A DNA stretch of 64,000 nt from Chiloscyllium plagiosum (taxonomy: Eukaryota): NCBI RefSeq assembly GCF_004010195.1, contig NC_057719.1, positions 73,630,969 to 73,694,968 of the forward strand, read 5' to 3'. Of this stretch, positions 51,268 to 64,000 are shown in pieces. The position numbers and the translations under genes were made by a program. The notes beneath the pieces were generated by a model that was given only the letters and a program-made list of their open reading frames with translations, was not told the DNA's origin and made no database searches. Each line of letters begins with the position of its first letter. The stretch's first letter is position 1.

Positions 51268-52138
51268 GTTACACCCCTTGTGATCCCAATGTGATCAAAG
51301 ATCGTGTCAACCACCTGGAACTGTGTTACGAGGAGCTTTGTGTGTTGGCTGCTGAGCGGAAAGCTCGTCTGGAGCAGTCCCGTTGTCTTTGGAGGTTCTT
51401 CTGGGAGATGGCGGAGACTGAGGGCTGGATTCGGGAAAGAGAGCAGATCTTCTCTTCGCAGGATTACGGAAAAGATATCACCAGTATTGTGATTCTGCAA
51501 AGCAAGCATAAGGCACTGGAGGATGAGTTGGGCGGCCTCAGCACGCACCTGCAGCAAACAATTAAAGAAGGCCGAGATATGATTGCACAGAAACACTTTG
51601 CTTCGCCTGAGATCAAGAAACGGATAGACGAGGTCCTTGCCATGTGGAAGGATTTGGAGGAGCTGGCTGCCTTCCGCAAGCAGAACCTTCAGGATGCACA
51701 GAATTTCTTCCAGTTCCAAGTGGATGCAGACGATGTCAAAATCTGGTTGCAGGACACATATCGCATCGTGTCTTCTGATGATGTTGGTCATGATGAATTT
51801 TCCACACAGACACTGGTGAAGAAACATAGGGACCTTACAGATGAGATCATGAAGTCTGGGATAGCTATTGATGCTCTGAACAAACAGCTCCAGAGCCTTC
51901 CAGAGGAGTTCAGGAAATTACCAGAAATAAAGGACAGACAGTGGGAGATAAAGGAGCTATATGCTGATCTCGTGGCTCTAGCTGATCTCCGGAGGCAGCG
52001 TCTACAGGACGCCCTTGCTCTCTATATAATGTTTAGTGAAGCTGATGCTTGTGAATTGTGGATGAATGAGAAGGAGAAGTGGCTGGAAGGAGTAGAGATT
52101 CCAAAGAAACTTGATGATCTGGAAGTAGTGGAGCACAG
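51268..52138 (+). CDS. sptb: Beta-spectrin large exon (GYTPCDPNVIKDRV...LEVVEHR; spectrin repeats)
   Basis: cag|GT TAC...CAC AG|gtacaa, 871 nt. Overlaps the 312-aa ORF. Confidence 0.97.
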
Positions 52139-52325
52139 GTACAAGCCGCGAATGCAAATAATTTATTTCATTTGCCCATTCAGATTGTGCAAGGGAAGAT
52201 GTTATTCTCTCAAATCCTCAAGAATTTAATGACCTATTAGGAGGGCCATGATGACTGTCATGAATGGGTCAGGCAGTTTCAGTGAAGAGAAAAGGAACAG
52301 TTATGTTTAAGGTTTTTGAGCTTTC

Positions 52326-52456
52326 ATGATTTGGAGACGCCAGTTTTGAACTGGGGTGTACAAAGTTAGAAATCACACAACACTAGATTATAGTCCAACA
52401 GCTAGTGCTTCCAAATAAACTTCTTGGACTATAACCTGGTGTTGTGTGATTTTTAA
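52326..52456. mobile_element. PLE-derived family B palindrome nested in an older family C-like element (about 52263-52605)
   Basis: Near-TSD ttttgagctttc (52314-52325) / ttttaagctttc (52457-52468). Arms aaatcacacaacac / gtgttgtgtgattt. Confidence 0.72.
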
Positions 52457-54664
52457 TTTTAAGCTTTCTGTTCTGATGTAAAGTCACAGGCCTGAAATGT
52501 TGACTCTTTTCCCTCTCCATAGATGCTACCCAGCCCTAAGGAATATTTTCAGCAAGTTAAGTTTTTATTTAAGAGTTCCAGAATCCACTGTATTTAGCTC
52601 TTGTGTTAGACATTGTAATCGCTTTAAGCAACGCAGTTAAAATCATATGTATTCCAAATCTGCATTCTCTCCAACCTATGGAGTTTCATCATGAAGAAAT
52701 TCATTACTCAAAGTTCCTGATGGTGTGCATTTAACTTGACTGAGAGTTGACTTTAGAGTTAAAATCATCATAGAAATCCTGCAGTGTAGAAACCAGCCAG
52801 TTGGCCCAACAAGTCCACACTGACCCTCCAAGGTCTAACTCACCCAGACCCATTTACTCCTGACCAAGGCACCTAACCCACGTGTCCCTGAACATTATGG
52901 ACAATTTAGCATTGCAAACTCAGCTAACCTGTACATCTTTGGATTGTGGGAGCAAACCAGAGCATCCGGACTATGCATTCATGGGGAGAATGTGCAAACT
53001 CCATACACACAGTCATCCGAGGCTGGAATTGAACCCAGATCCCTGGTGCTGTGAGGCAGCAAGCTAACCGCTGAGCCATCATGCTGTCCTATGTTACCAC
53101 TTCCATTTCTCCCACTTTACCATATGTAAGCTTAAAAGTTGACCTCTCCTTTATCTTAAATCATATTATTCCGAGACTTCTTTGTGGCTTATGCCATCTT
53201 CCAATTTAATGTACTTGGAAATGATTTGATCAGTTGTGGTGGATGACCCAGTCACATGGATACTGATTCGGAACACAACTTCCCTTTACTGAGGCCATAT
53301 GGGTAGAACAGAGGAAGTTAAGGTGGAAGCTGACAGAAATTTTGAACATAAATAGTTAGCTGTTTGGTGAAAAGGAAGCAAAGGGGGCAGAATCAATGAA
53401 TTAACGCTAGAAAAACCAAGAGGGTAATTAGAAAAAAGTGAATTGGAACAGGTTATTAGAGAATGAAATGTTTCTGCAAGTGGCTAATAAAACAGAGATT
53501 GTTTAAAAATGAAATTGGAAAAGGATATTGAAATAAAATTTTAAATTAGATTCCCTAAAGTGTGAAAACAGGCCCTTTGGCCCAACAAGTCCACACCAAC
53601 CCTCTGAAGAGTAACCCACCCAGATCCATCTCCCTCTGACTAATGCACCTAACACTATGGGCAATTTAGCATAACCAATTCACCTAACCTGCACATCTTT
53701 GGACTGTGGGAGGAAACCCACGCAGACACAGACAGTCGCCCAGAGGTCGGAATTTAACCCAGGTCCCAGATACTGTGAGGCAACAGTGCTAATTACTGAC
53801 CCACTATGCCACCCATTTGAAATGAAAGAATAAAAATGGTTACGTTTTGGCCATATGGAAACTGAATAATCCTTCCAGTTGAAGGTCTAGCACTAGTTAG
53901 ACACAACAGGGACAACTTCAACTTAATTTGCCCGGCAAGCAATCAGCAGTATTAACTAAAATGTCTGTATTGTAGTTTCCCATTATTACTTTGCATTTAC
54001 TCCAATTAAGAATAAATTAGGCTAGTGTGTGAAAATCAACCTGATAGATTGTTGGTGAATTGTTTATATTAAAATTGCCCCAATGAAAGCATCCCCCCAC
54101 TATAATTTTGTTGTATTTTTAAAATATATTTTATATCTGTGATATTTATTGCACAAGAAAGGGCAGAGCAGTCTCGCCCGTAGCAAAATCAAAACATTTG
54201 CCACATCTGCTGAGCTTTCCAGAAATTTCTGATTTCCAACATCTGCAGATCTTTGGTTTTTAGTTCTGTCCAAAGGTTTAGCCAAAGTTAATGGTTTGTT
54301 GACTATTTCAAAGTGCAAATTAAATTGTAAAGGGATTAATAAAGCATTTCCGAGCCAGTAATCCAATCACAGAATTAAGATGCATTAAAATAATTTGTAA
54401 TATTGTCCCAATCCAGAAATTGCATGCAGCTTTGAACTTGCTGAATTGTGTTTATTTTAGTGGTTTTTCAACAATTAGGATGAACAGAATTGGTGCATGA
54501 TGAGCTGTATATTATGCAATTAGGTACTTCAGAATAATCGAGTGATGATCGCCACTTTGGCAAAACAAAATGTGCAATGAATATGTATTATAATATGTTA
54601 CATTCAACAGCTTATTTGTTGTGACTTTTAAATGTATTGCACAATCTACCTTTGTTTTGCATAG

Positions 54665-54802
54665 GTTTGAAACCCTGGTACAGGAAATGAACAATTTGGG
54701 ATCTCGGATCAATGAAGTAAATAGTACAGCAAACCACTTGGTAGAGACTGGCCACCCAAGTACACAAGAGGTGAAAGACTGTCAGGATCATGTGAACTTC
54801 AG
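54665..54802 (+). CDS. sptb: Beta-spectrin exon (FETLVQEMNNLGSRINEVNSTANHLVETGHPSTQEVKDCQDHVNFR)
   Basis: tag|G TTT...TTC AG|gtatat, 138 nt. Confidence 0.95.
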
Positions 54803-57615
54803 GTATATTTCTAACATGTTTCCATTCACCACATATTGCTTAGTGATTCATTATCCTGCGGAACAACATTCTGAACGATGAAGAGGATGAGAGACAATGG
54901 ATGAGGATGAGTTCGCCCCTTTAAGTTTTATGTAAAAGATGTAATCAGAAAATAGTTTCCTCTTCAACCCTTGGTTGCAAACTGGTTTCCCTGCCTGGAT
55001 ATGTCCATTTCTTTCTTTTGACATTCTTTAACTGAGTGTTAATTCATTTCATTACAGGAGCATTGTATTGCGTTTTTATTAGGTGTGAATGATCAGGTCA
55101 CCTCAACTACAGTTCACTGAAAAAGATGTTTTTGAATAAGGATATGTGTGAGAGTTGCACTGTACAACTAGTGAGAAAAGTCCATTTGGGTTAATGGCCT
55201 CACTTTGTGTAATATAATTTTATTGCAAATCATTCTCCCTGTTGAAAGAACATTAAATTCTAGCCCAATCTTCCTGGGATGAAATTATTAAAATTCTGGT
55301 TTCAGATCTCTGTGAAGATCTCTTAAAGAAATTGGTTAATCTGCATAAAACATTTTTTTTGTGTAGTACAGTTTTAAAAGTGGAGCATAAGCAGGGGTGT
55401 CAGTGCAAAACATCTTAAAGAAGGAGTAATAAAGACTGTTTAAAATACATTTATGGGATTTTTGGCTTTCAAAAGAGGGAGGTTGAGTCTGATGTTTACG
55501 GAAAAGCAGGAAAGATCATTGGAACGGGGAAAACCCAGCAAGGTCAAGGATATACAAACCCTACTGAATTTAGCAGTATAGTTGTGATGTACATTTTCCG
55601 CTGAGCTGGAAAGGACTGGATGTGGGAGCACTGCAATGCTTTTTATCTGCTTCGTTGGTTGTAGGAGTGCTTGACTTGTAGCTTCTGCTATTTAACATGC
55701 ATGCAATCCTTTCGGAGTGAGTTGTAATCCTAGCCCCTTTTGGGATAATCTGAAATCAAACATACCTTTCAGATGATCCCTCTCAACTTTAGGTTGGGAA
55801 AGACCCATCCCAAAGATATTAAATGGATCTGAAGGACAAACCCATTTCTCCTCACAGAAGAGGATCTCCTCAGAGTAATGCCATTCAGTATACCCTTTTT
55901 AACAAATTTCAGACAAATTATGATATCCCAGATGTTAAGAAGGTCCAGGAATATCTGTACCCCCATTTCCCCTCATATATACAATAAATAAGGTTAAAGA
56001 GTTGGGTTCAAGAGTTAATGATACAGAAGATTATGTGAGACAACACAAATTCTGAACTACACAAATGTTCACTGATGAGCCAACCATGCAATTCATAAAT
56101 TGACAAGGCAGTAAATCACAAAGTCAGAAGAACGAAGAGAAAAATAGTCTTGTTTCTAACAGAAAACAAATTATTGTTACAATAAAATGCTTTAAGTAGA
56201 ACATCTGTCAATTATTAAAGAACCATTTAACTTAAATCTGGAGTAGACAGCTAGAGAGTTAGAGAGATGACTCTACTGATTGATGAGAGAATTGTCATTA
56301 TCTTATCCTAGTAAAGGAAAGTGCTGATGTTCACATCTTCACTATTTACCATTTGCTTCTTTGCACAAAAGAATTAAAAACCTTGAAAATGAATAATAAT
56401 ATTGAAGCAGGTTAAGATGCGGATGAAATATTAGGTGAAGCTAATTTTCATACTGGAAAGTGTAGACCGCAAGTGTGTCATCTGCTAATGTTGTATATAT
56501 GTTCTCATTGTTCAAACAATTTGCAGTGCAGTGAACCTTACAACAAGGGTCGGTGTGTCAAAAGTTAGATGTTTCTTACTTTATCACAATATTTCTCCAG
56601 AAAAACATCATTATATTTGCTTTTCAAAAAATATTTAATTTATCTTTTTCCATGCACTATGCATGTCAAAGCTTTGGGTGGTTGGCATCTCTTAAATTGA
56701 CTCTGACTCTGATTATGAAATGTGTTTACCATTAGGAAAGTTTTTGCAGAAACTTAGCCTCTGCAAATCGCAGCAGTTTACTGTAATTATACCTTAACTT
56801 ACTCTGAAGGTAAAGTGAAAATAAAGTTAAGGAATGTCGTTCTAATTTTGCTGTCGTCTTGTGATCTCTACTATGAAGGGGACATACTTTAGGCAAACGT
56901 CTCGATTTTACTTGAATAAAATCCTTGCGTTGAACACACTGCTGCATTGTGCACTTGAAACGATAGCAATCTAAAGTATGCTCTCAATATTTATAATGTT
57001 TCCTACAGCTGCATAATTAATCTGTTGCGTAGTTTGTGTACAAAGCTGTTGTTAGAAGGTGGAGCAAGAAAGTAGAAAAGGATGGATGAGACTGATGGAC
57101 ATAATAAAGCTTGTAGGAGAATTTGACTGCACCACAAAGATTTTGTTTTAATTTTCTGTGAGGTATTGTCTTTTGCCAATACCTTGCCTCCCACACCTTA
57201 ATCAAGATTATGAATTTAATAATGAACGAAGAGTGAAATCCCATCTTCGATACCGCAACATTTCATTCCAATATATTGCACTCCCCAAAGTTGCTGACTT
57301 TATTTCTCTCGGTAGTTTTCTCCAGACAGGAGGATTTGAGTACTCTTGAGCTACAGGGCTGCCTCATGCGATACTGTCATAAAAGAATAATTGACTTTAT
57401 TAATTCATGGGATGTGGACATTGCTAGCTGGGCCAGCATTTATTGCCTGTCTCTAGTTGTCCTGGAGACGGTGCTGACGAGGTGTTGTCTTGAACCACTG
57501 CAGTCCATATGATGTAGGTTGACCCACAATGCCGTTAGAAAGGCAGTTCCAGGATTTTGAACAGTGAAGGAATCATGATATATTTCCAAGTCAGGATGGT
57601 GAGTTGCTTGGAAAG

Positions 57616-58192
57616 TGTGAGAGGCGCTTGCAAATGTTGTTGTATCTGCAAAAATCATAAGGCTGAATCATGAGGTGGGCGGGTTGGGGGGTGGGGTGTG
57701 TATGTTAAGCTAGATATGCTTGCACGAACAGCTACAAGTAGCTGCATCTTCTGCAGAAATCATAAGGCGGAGTCATGAGGGTGTATACCAAGAAATAACT
57801 AACCATAAAGGGAGGTGGTCGACTGGTAGAAACAGATGTATTGACATGACCATTGCAATTGTGATACACATAGGGAGTTAATATGAACAAGATAACCAAA
57901 TAAGACCCAGTGTTGCGTCAGCAAAAGTAATAAGACCCAGCTATCAAGGGGAGGGTTGCACGCTAACAACAGGCCACAGACAGATGTGGTAAGCCGATTA
58001 GATTAGCAGATGCACAGAGCAATACAACTGTCACATGAGGTAAAAGGGGAGTACCGAGAGACTCAACTGAATTGTATAAATTGTAATGCAACCTCCTGAT
58101 CGGGTGTGCCTATTTTGTGGTCACCCAGGCTTGCAAGAACGTATGAATAAAGACTGCTTCAGAATTTGCCTCGGACTGAAATTATTCTCACG
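57616..58192 (+). mobile_element. Solo LTR inserted in a minus-strand LINE
   Basis: Termini tgtgaga...tctcac(g), 5-bp near-TSD gaaag/gagag, TATAAA at about 58075 and AATAAA at about 58146. The LINE resumes seamlessly. Confidence 0.62.
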
Positions 58193-58988
58193 GAGAGGAA
58201 CTTGCAGATGGTGGGGTTCCCATGTACCTGCTGCCTTGTTCTTTGAGATGAAAGTTGTTATGGGTCTGAAAGGTGCTGCCTAAAGATCCTTCATAAATTT
58301 CTGCAGTGCACCTTGTAGCTGGTACACACTGCTGCTCCTGCTGAATGTCAATGATTGAGGGAGTGGATGTTTGAGAATATGGTGCCAGTCAAATAGTTAC
58401 CTTATCCTGGATGTGTCAAGCTTCTTGAGTGTTCTGTCCAGGTAAGTAGGGAATAACCCATCACACTTCTGACTTGTGCTTTGTAGGTGGTAGATGTGCT
58501 TTGCTTCAGTGTATGTAAAGGAATTGTGATGATATGAGTGGCATGGTGGCTCAGTGATTAGCATTGCAGCCTCACAGCACCAGGGACCCAGGTTTGATTC
58601 CAGCCTTGAGTGACAATTTGCGTGGAGTTTGCACATTCTCCATGTGTCTGCACAGGTTTCCTCCCACAGTCTGAAGATGTGCAGGTCAGGTGAATTGGCC
58701 ATGCTAAATTGCCCATAGAGTTAGGCGCATTAGTCAGAGGGAAATGGGTCTAGAGGAGTTACTCTTCGGAGGGTCGGTGTGGATTTGTTGGGCCAAATGG
58801 CCTGTTTCCACGCTGTAGGGAATCTAATAAAATCTGAAGAGGTTTATTAAAATATTTTGATTCTTTATTTTGACAATGATTGTGTGCAGTAAAATTTCCC
58901 CTTTTGAGATACTTTCAAACTGATGGTGATTTATTTTCTGTTTGAAGTGAATATTTATAAATAATACTGATCTTGTTATAATTTGCAG

Positions 58989-59745
58989 ATGGCTGCAGTT
59001 TCAGAAGTTGGTAGATATGAAAAAGAATGATGTTCAGTCTGCATTAAGCCTTCAGAATTATTGTCTTGAGTGTGATGAAACCAAGGTCTGGATTTGTGAG
59101 AAAACCAAACTCATCGAATCAACTCAGAGCTTGGAAAAAGACCTACCCGGTGTCCTAGCCATTCAAAGGAAGTTGTGTGGCATCGAGAGAGATCTAGCTG
59201 CCATAGAATCAAGACTTCCAGAGTTGCAGAAGGAGGCCCACAGACTGGCAGATCAGCATCCTCATCATGCTGCAGATATCTTGAAACGGCTTAAGGAAAT
59301 CAATGATGTTTGGGACGAACTGAAACACACTCTTCAAGGTCGTGAGGAATCACTTGGTGAGGCCAGCAAACTGCAGAAATTCCTACAGGATTTGGATGAC
59401 TTCCAGTTGTGGCTCTCCAAATCACAAAAAGCTATCGCTTCTGAAGATGAGCCAAACTCCTTGCCTGAAGCTGAAACTCTCCTCCGACAACATAATGCCA
59501 TCAAAAATGAGATAGATCGCAATTTGGAAGAATACCAGAAGATACAGGAGAATGGGAAAATGATAACCGAGGGTGAAACAGACCCGCAATTTCAAATATT
59601 AAAGCAGCGTTTGGAAGGAGTGGACACTGGTTGGAATGAACTTCTTCAGATGTGGGAAAACAGAAAAAATCTTCTGTCTCAGTCTCACGGGTATCAGCAG
59701 TTCCTCCGAGACAGCAAGCAAGCAGACAGTATCCTTCGCAATCAG
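58989..59745 (+). CDS. sptb: Beta-spectrin large exon (WLQFQKLVDMKKNDVQSALSLQNYCLECDETK...DSILRNQ)
   Basis: cag|A TGG...CAG|gtactg, 757 nt. Overlaps the 297-aa ORF. Confidence 0.97.
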
Positions 59746-62034
59746 GTACTGGCGTACTGTCATGTTTTGCAATCACATGACCTGCTAAGCATTAGTGTGT
59801 GCTACTTTCAGCTATCTAGTGAAACCTCGTTTAATATAAGTAAAATCTTAAGGTGCAAAGTGACTCAGGAGCAAAGTAAAGTTAGAAAGCTTGCCTTTTA
59901 GGGAGCTTCATTGCAGCATCCGACGAAACTGTGTTTCTGCAGGAAGGTTTCATTTGCAGAGTGCATATAGCATCAACATAGTAAATGATGTAAACTAAAC
60001 CTCCTTTGGATTAATGCATTTTTAAAAAGATTGCAACTGCACCATGCATCTTTTTCTGATGAACAAGGCAAAATGCAATACTGATTTTTTTTTAAGATTC
60101 AGGTGGTTAAGGAAAGATGTAATTTATTCATTTGGGAAGTGGAAATATAGGGGGCATCGGAGAAAATTTAATAGCAGTTTGGAACACGTTGATAATTTAT
60201 TCTGCCCATACTTCAACGTCTTGCACTTTATAAACCAATCAGCCTTTAAGAATGTAATTAGGAATATGTTGCTCAGTTGACTAGTATTTGTTGAGATCTT
60301 GTATGCTTATCATAAATACTTTTCCAATGATTGCAACTAAATACTGTGGATGCTGGAAGTCTGAAATAAAAGCATAAAGTGCTGAAGAAAATCTGGCAGC
60401 CTCTGGGGCAGAGAGAAACAAAGTTGACTCTTACCTGAACAGAATTCATATTGAACTCATCAGACCAGCACTTCTCCAACACTTCCTATTTTTATTTAAA
60501 AAAAGTGATCATGGATATTTAAATGCATTAGCAAATTCTACAATGCAATGTTTTGCATTACCTTCACAGCTAAATTTAGTCCACACTTTGGGATGCTATT
60601 GGTTCCTAGAAGCACTATGGGTGGCACGGTAGCACAGTGGTTAGCACTGTTGCCTCACAGCACCAGAGACCTGGGATCAATTCCCACCTCAGGCGACTGA
60701 CTGGAGTTTGCGTGGGAGTGCTCCGGTTTCCTCCCACAGTCCAAAAATGTGCAGGTTAGGTGAATTGGCCATGCTAAATTGCCCGTACTGTTAGGTGAGG
60801 GGGTAAAATGTAGGAGTGACGGATCGGTGTGGACTTGTTGGGCCGAAGGGCCTGTTTCCACACTGTAAGTAATCTAATCTAAAACCAGTTCATTCGCAGC
60901 AGCCTCTTTTTCATTATGTCAGCTTTCCTTTTCCATTGACCTGAAAAATAATGCCAAGGTTTTTAATTTAAAAACAAGTTCATAAGTAAAAACACAGTCA
61001 CAGTAAGGCAAGAAGAGCTTTTGCATAAAATGTTCGATAAACCTCAAAGAAGACCAGTGAGAAGCGAGTTGTTGATTTGTTGGGATTTAGTTTCATACTG
61101 TTGGCATAGTCTTATTTCCTGCCAATACAATCACAAATTAGGTACTAGACAGCAAACAACAAAAAAGGCTGAAGGAAGCCAAATGAAAATAATTCTTTTG
61201 TCATTAGTCATTGCATTACACAGATTTGAATAAGGAACAGTTACTTTGAAAAATCAAGGTGTCCGGGTTTTATGTTGGAAACTTAACGCCATATTGCTAG
61301 AAATCACAATGTTGTAGCAGTTATTCTTTCAATTTGCTGTCCAATGTGGCTGGATTGAATAATGAATGTGAGCATATTTAACGTAAGTTATGCATTGAAC
61401 ATAAGCATCGAAAAGACAACCAGAGGGCTGTCCGAGTTAAAATATATCGTCGAATCCCTACAGTGTGGAAACAGGCCATTAGGCTCAATAAGTCCACACC
61501 GACCTTCTGAAGAGTAACCCACCTAGACACATTCCCATATTACTCTGCATTTACACCTGATTAAAGCACCTAACCTACGCAACCCTGAACACTATGGGCA
61601 ATTTAATGTGACCTACACATCTTTGGATTGTGAGAGGAAACCGGAGCACCCAGAGGAAACCCAACCAGGCACAGGGTGAATGTGCAAACTCCACACAGAC
61701 AGTCACCCGAGGCTGGAGTCAAACCCAGGTCGCCTAAAGTAGTGGTTCTAACCTGAGCAGGCGTACAGCCTTGGGTGAGAGAAAAGACCTCTTGCAGCTT
61801 TTGCTTTGCTTGTACCAGTTGGTTATGTAGTGGCAGTGGCAAAGATATGGGGGTATGTAACCCAGTCATCTTCACAATTGTACACAGTGTAAATGACCTA
61901 GACATGGAAGTCTAAATTGGGGGAAAGAAAAAGGAAAATGTCATTAAACTTTCAAGACCAAAAGGATGTCTAATGCAAATGGTAAATATTCATAAATGTT
62001 ACAAAATATCTCTAAACTTTGACTTTTTCCACAG

Positions 62035-62237
62035 GAATACAGTTTAGTGCACGTTGAAATGCCAAAGACACTGGAGGCAGCTGAAGATGTGATCAAGAAA
62101 CATGAAGGGTTTGTAACAACCATGGATGCCAACAGGGAGAAAATCATTGGGACAATTAATGAAGGAGAAAAGTTGATTAATGAGGACAATAACTTTAAAG
62201 TCAAAGTGGTTGACAAGATCCAAGCTATCAAGGAAAG
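62035..62237 (+). CDS. sptb: Beta-spectrin exon (EYSLVHVEMPKTLEAAEDVIKKHEGFVTTMDANREK...IQAIKER)
   Basis: cag|GAA...AG|gtaaaa, 203 nt. Confidence 0.95.
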
Positions 62238-62342
62238 GTAAAAATTGAATGTTTAGAATACAAAGCTCATCGAGTGTATGATCAAAAGGCATTGATGACT
62301 CTTTAGATTCAGATTCTTAAAGTGATTCTTTTGTTGATCCAG

Positions 62343-62433
62343 GTACCAAGAGAATATGAAACAGGCAAAAGAAGTGGCAGCCCATCTGAAAGACAATCGT
62401 GATCTTCAACATTTTCTTCAGAATTGTCAAGAG
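62343..62433 (+). CDS. sptb: Beta-spectrin exon (YQENMKQAKEVAAHLKDNRDLQHFLQNCQE); gene continues beyond the window
   Basis: cag|G TAC...GAG|gtttgt, 91 nt. Confidence 0.94.
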
Positions 62434-62549
62434 GTTTGTGATAGTAATCTGTTTACTGTAGTAACACTTCATTCTGCACTCATGCATTCAACAATTCAAG
62501 TTGCTTTCCAGCAACAACTGTGAATATGTTTTACATTTCCATCATGTAT

Positions 62550-62897
62550 TATAGTCATAGAGATGTACAGCGTGGAAACAGACTCCTCAGTCCAACTCAT
62601 CCATGCCGCTAAGCTATCCCAACCTAATCTAGTCCCATTTGTCAGCATTTGGCCCATATCCCTTTAAACCCTTCATATTCATATACCCATCGAGATGTCT
62701 TTTAAATGTTGTAATTGTCCCAGACTTCCTTTGGCAGCTCATTCCACACAAGCACCACCCTCTGCATGAAAAAGTTGCCCCTTTTAAATCTTTCCCTCTT
62801 CACCCTAAACCTACACCCTTGAGTTCTGGACTCCCCCGCTCCCAGGAAAAGACCCTGTCAACTTACCCTGTCCATGCACCTCATGATTTTATAAATT
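62550..62897 (-). mobile_element. CR1/HER1 LINE 3' end
   Basis: Aligns with 15205-15592. Confidence 0.85.
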
Positions 62898-63254
62898 TGG
62901 CTGGCACTTTGAGATCTCAGCATTTGAGGACAGATATGACTGCGCCTTTGTTAGGCAATAGTTTTTTTTTAACTGTAGACAGGCTTCTCATTTTGGCACC
63001 ACCTCCGTATGCCATATTTTACGTAAATGTGGGAGAGTGGCCGGTGGATTTGCAGCCACAAAGTTCAGGCCCATCTGTGATTTATACCCATAACTCATGC
63101 AGGGAAGTATGGAGGTAAATAATCGATGATTAATTTTCTGATGAGCCCAAAGCCCTCTCAAACAGGAATGGAAAATGCTGAAAATACTCAGCAGGGTGAG
63201 CAATATCTGTGGGGGAGAAAAAGAATGATTTACTTTGGTTTGAATTATGACTGC

Positions 63255-63690
63255 CACCTGTACGCAGTGCAGTGAAAAGTGTTGTCTTATGTGTTTTGTA
63301 TACAGTTCATACTATGCATCAGGGTAACAGAACAGCATGCAGGATAGAGTGTTACAGCTGCTGAAAAGGTGCAGAGAGAGATCAAAATGAACATTGTCCA
63401 TTCAAATGGCTGATAACAGTGGGGAAGAAGCTGTTCTTGAATCTGATCATACCTGTATTCAAACTTTTATATCTTCAGCCCAATGGAAGAGAGTATAACC
63501 AGCATGGGAGGGGGCCTTTGATGATGTTGGTTGCTTTCCCGAGGCAGTGGGAAGTATAGACAGAGTCAATGGACGGAAGGCTGGTTTGAGTGATGGATTG
63601 GGCTGAGTTCATAATTCTCTGTACTTATTTCCGGTCCTGGATAGAGCAGTTGCCATATCACACTGTAATGCATCCAGATAAGATGCTTGT
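63255..63690 (-). mobile_element. Non-LTR retrotransposon 3' fragment (clade uncertain)
   Basis: The minus strand reads like a LINE RT C-terminus (..SIIKGP.H..Y.LP.G.RYKS..T..IRFKNSFFP). Confidence 0.55.
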
Positions 63691-64000
63691 TAGAAAAAAA
63701 TAACATTTTTGTTAGTGTACCTCCCATTAGAATTGGAACCTTTCATCAAACCTTGCTAAAATTCTGAGGGAGAGGAAAACATTCTATTATCCCTTGACTT
63801 CTCTGAAGCGCTGTTGAATATCGATATCACAAATTAAGTAAAGCAACCTGCCCATTTACCATCTGTGGCAGTGTGTTTTATCTGTGTGTATGAGACCACA
63901 GCATATTCACTGAAAATGTGTTTCACCAGTTATGGTTAGTTAGATTGAGTTTGGAATCCTGCCTTCTGATGTACTGGAGTGTTCCTTCATCTGGAAATTT

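Noticed and set aside
51198..51827. 209-aa minus-strand ORF (and similar minus ORFs over the 28931, 58989 and 62035 exons)
   Set aside because: Antisense shadows of spectrin coding exons with no independent protein features.
25689..62433. Assignment as SPTBN1, SPTBN2 or SPTBN4
   Set aside because: Some residues are shared (e.g. [14 protein letters not shown] linker, [11 protein letters not shown]), but several diagnostic positions recalled from human paralogs favour SPTB. A phylogeny is still needed to settle it.
1..64000. Prokaryotic systems (CRISPR arrays, operons, defence islands) or a complete autonomous transposon/provirus
   Set aside because: The sequence is intron-rich vertebrate DNA. 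There is no regularly spaced repeat-spacer array, and all RT/endonuclease remnants are truncated or frameshifted.

Overview
Eukaryotic genomic DNA, most likely from a shark or other elasmobranch. This is inferred from the repeat content: HE1-like tRNA SINEs, CR1/HER1-like LINEs, Deu-domain SINEs and Penelope-like elements (PLEs). The window holds the 5' half of a beta-spectrin gene on the + strand, best matching erythrocytic beta-I spectrin (SPTB). There are 16 canonical GT-AG internal exons between 25689 and 62433, encoding CH1, CH2 and the first spectrin repeats, and the gene continues past the window end. A short candidate first coding exon at 6753-6843, absent from the ORF track, encodes MSTLAEIPPGYNPPQQAPYNVTDGRFKQLQ and splices in phase to the 25689 exon. 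It resembles the alternative short N-terminus known from SPTBN1 (betaII-sigma2/ELF, ...LEGRFKQLQ-DERE), not the canonical SPTB N-terminus. The joined ORF is 3798 nt (1266 codons), all splice phases are compatible, and I found no internal stops. The introns are dense with transposons. These include several families of palindromic PLE-derived insertions with 10-15 bp target-site duplications (TSDs) that carry minimal hammerhead-ribozyme cores, three solo LTRs, MITEs, nested insertions, local duplications and a decayed copy of an exon end. All homology calls come from recalled sequence, not database searches.
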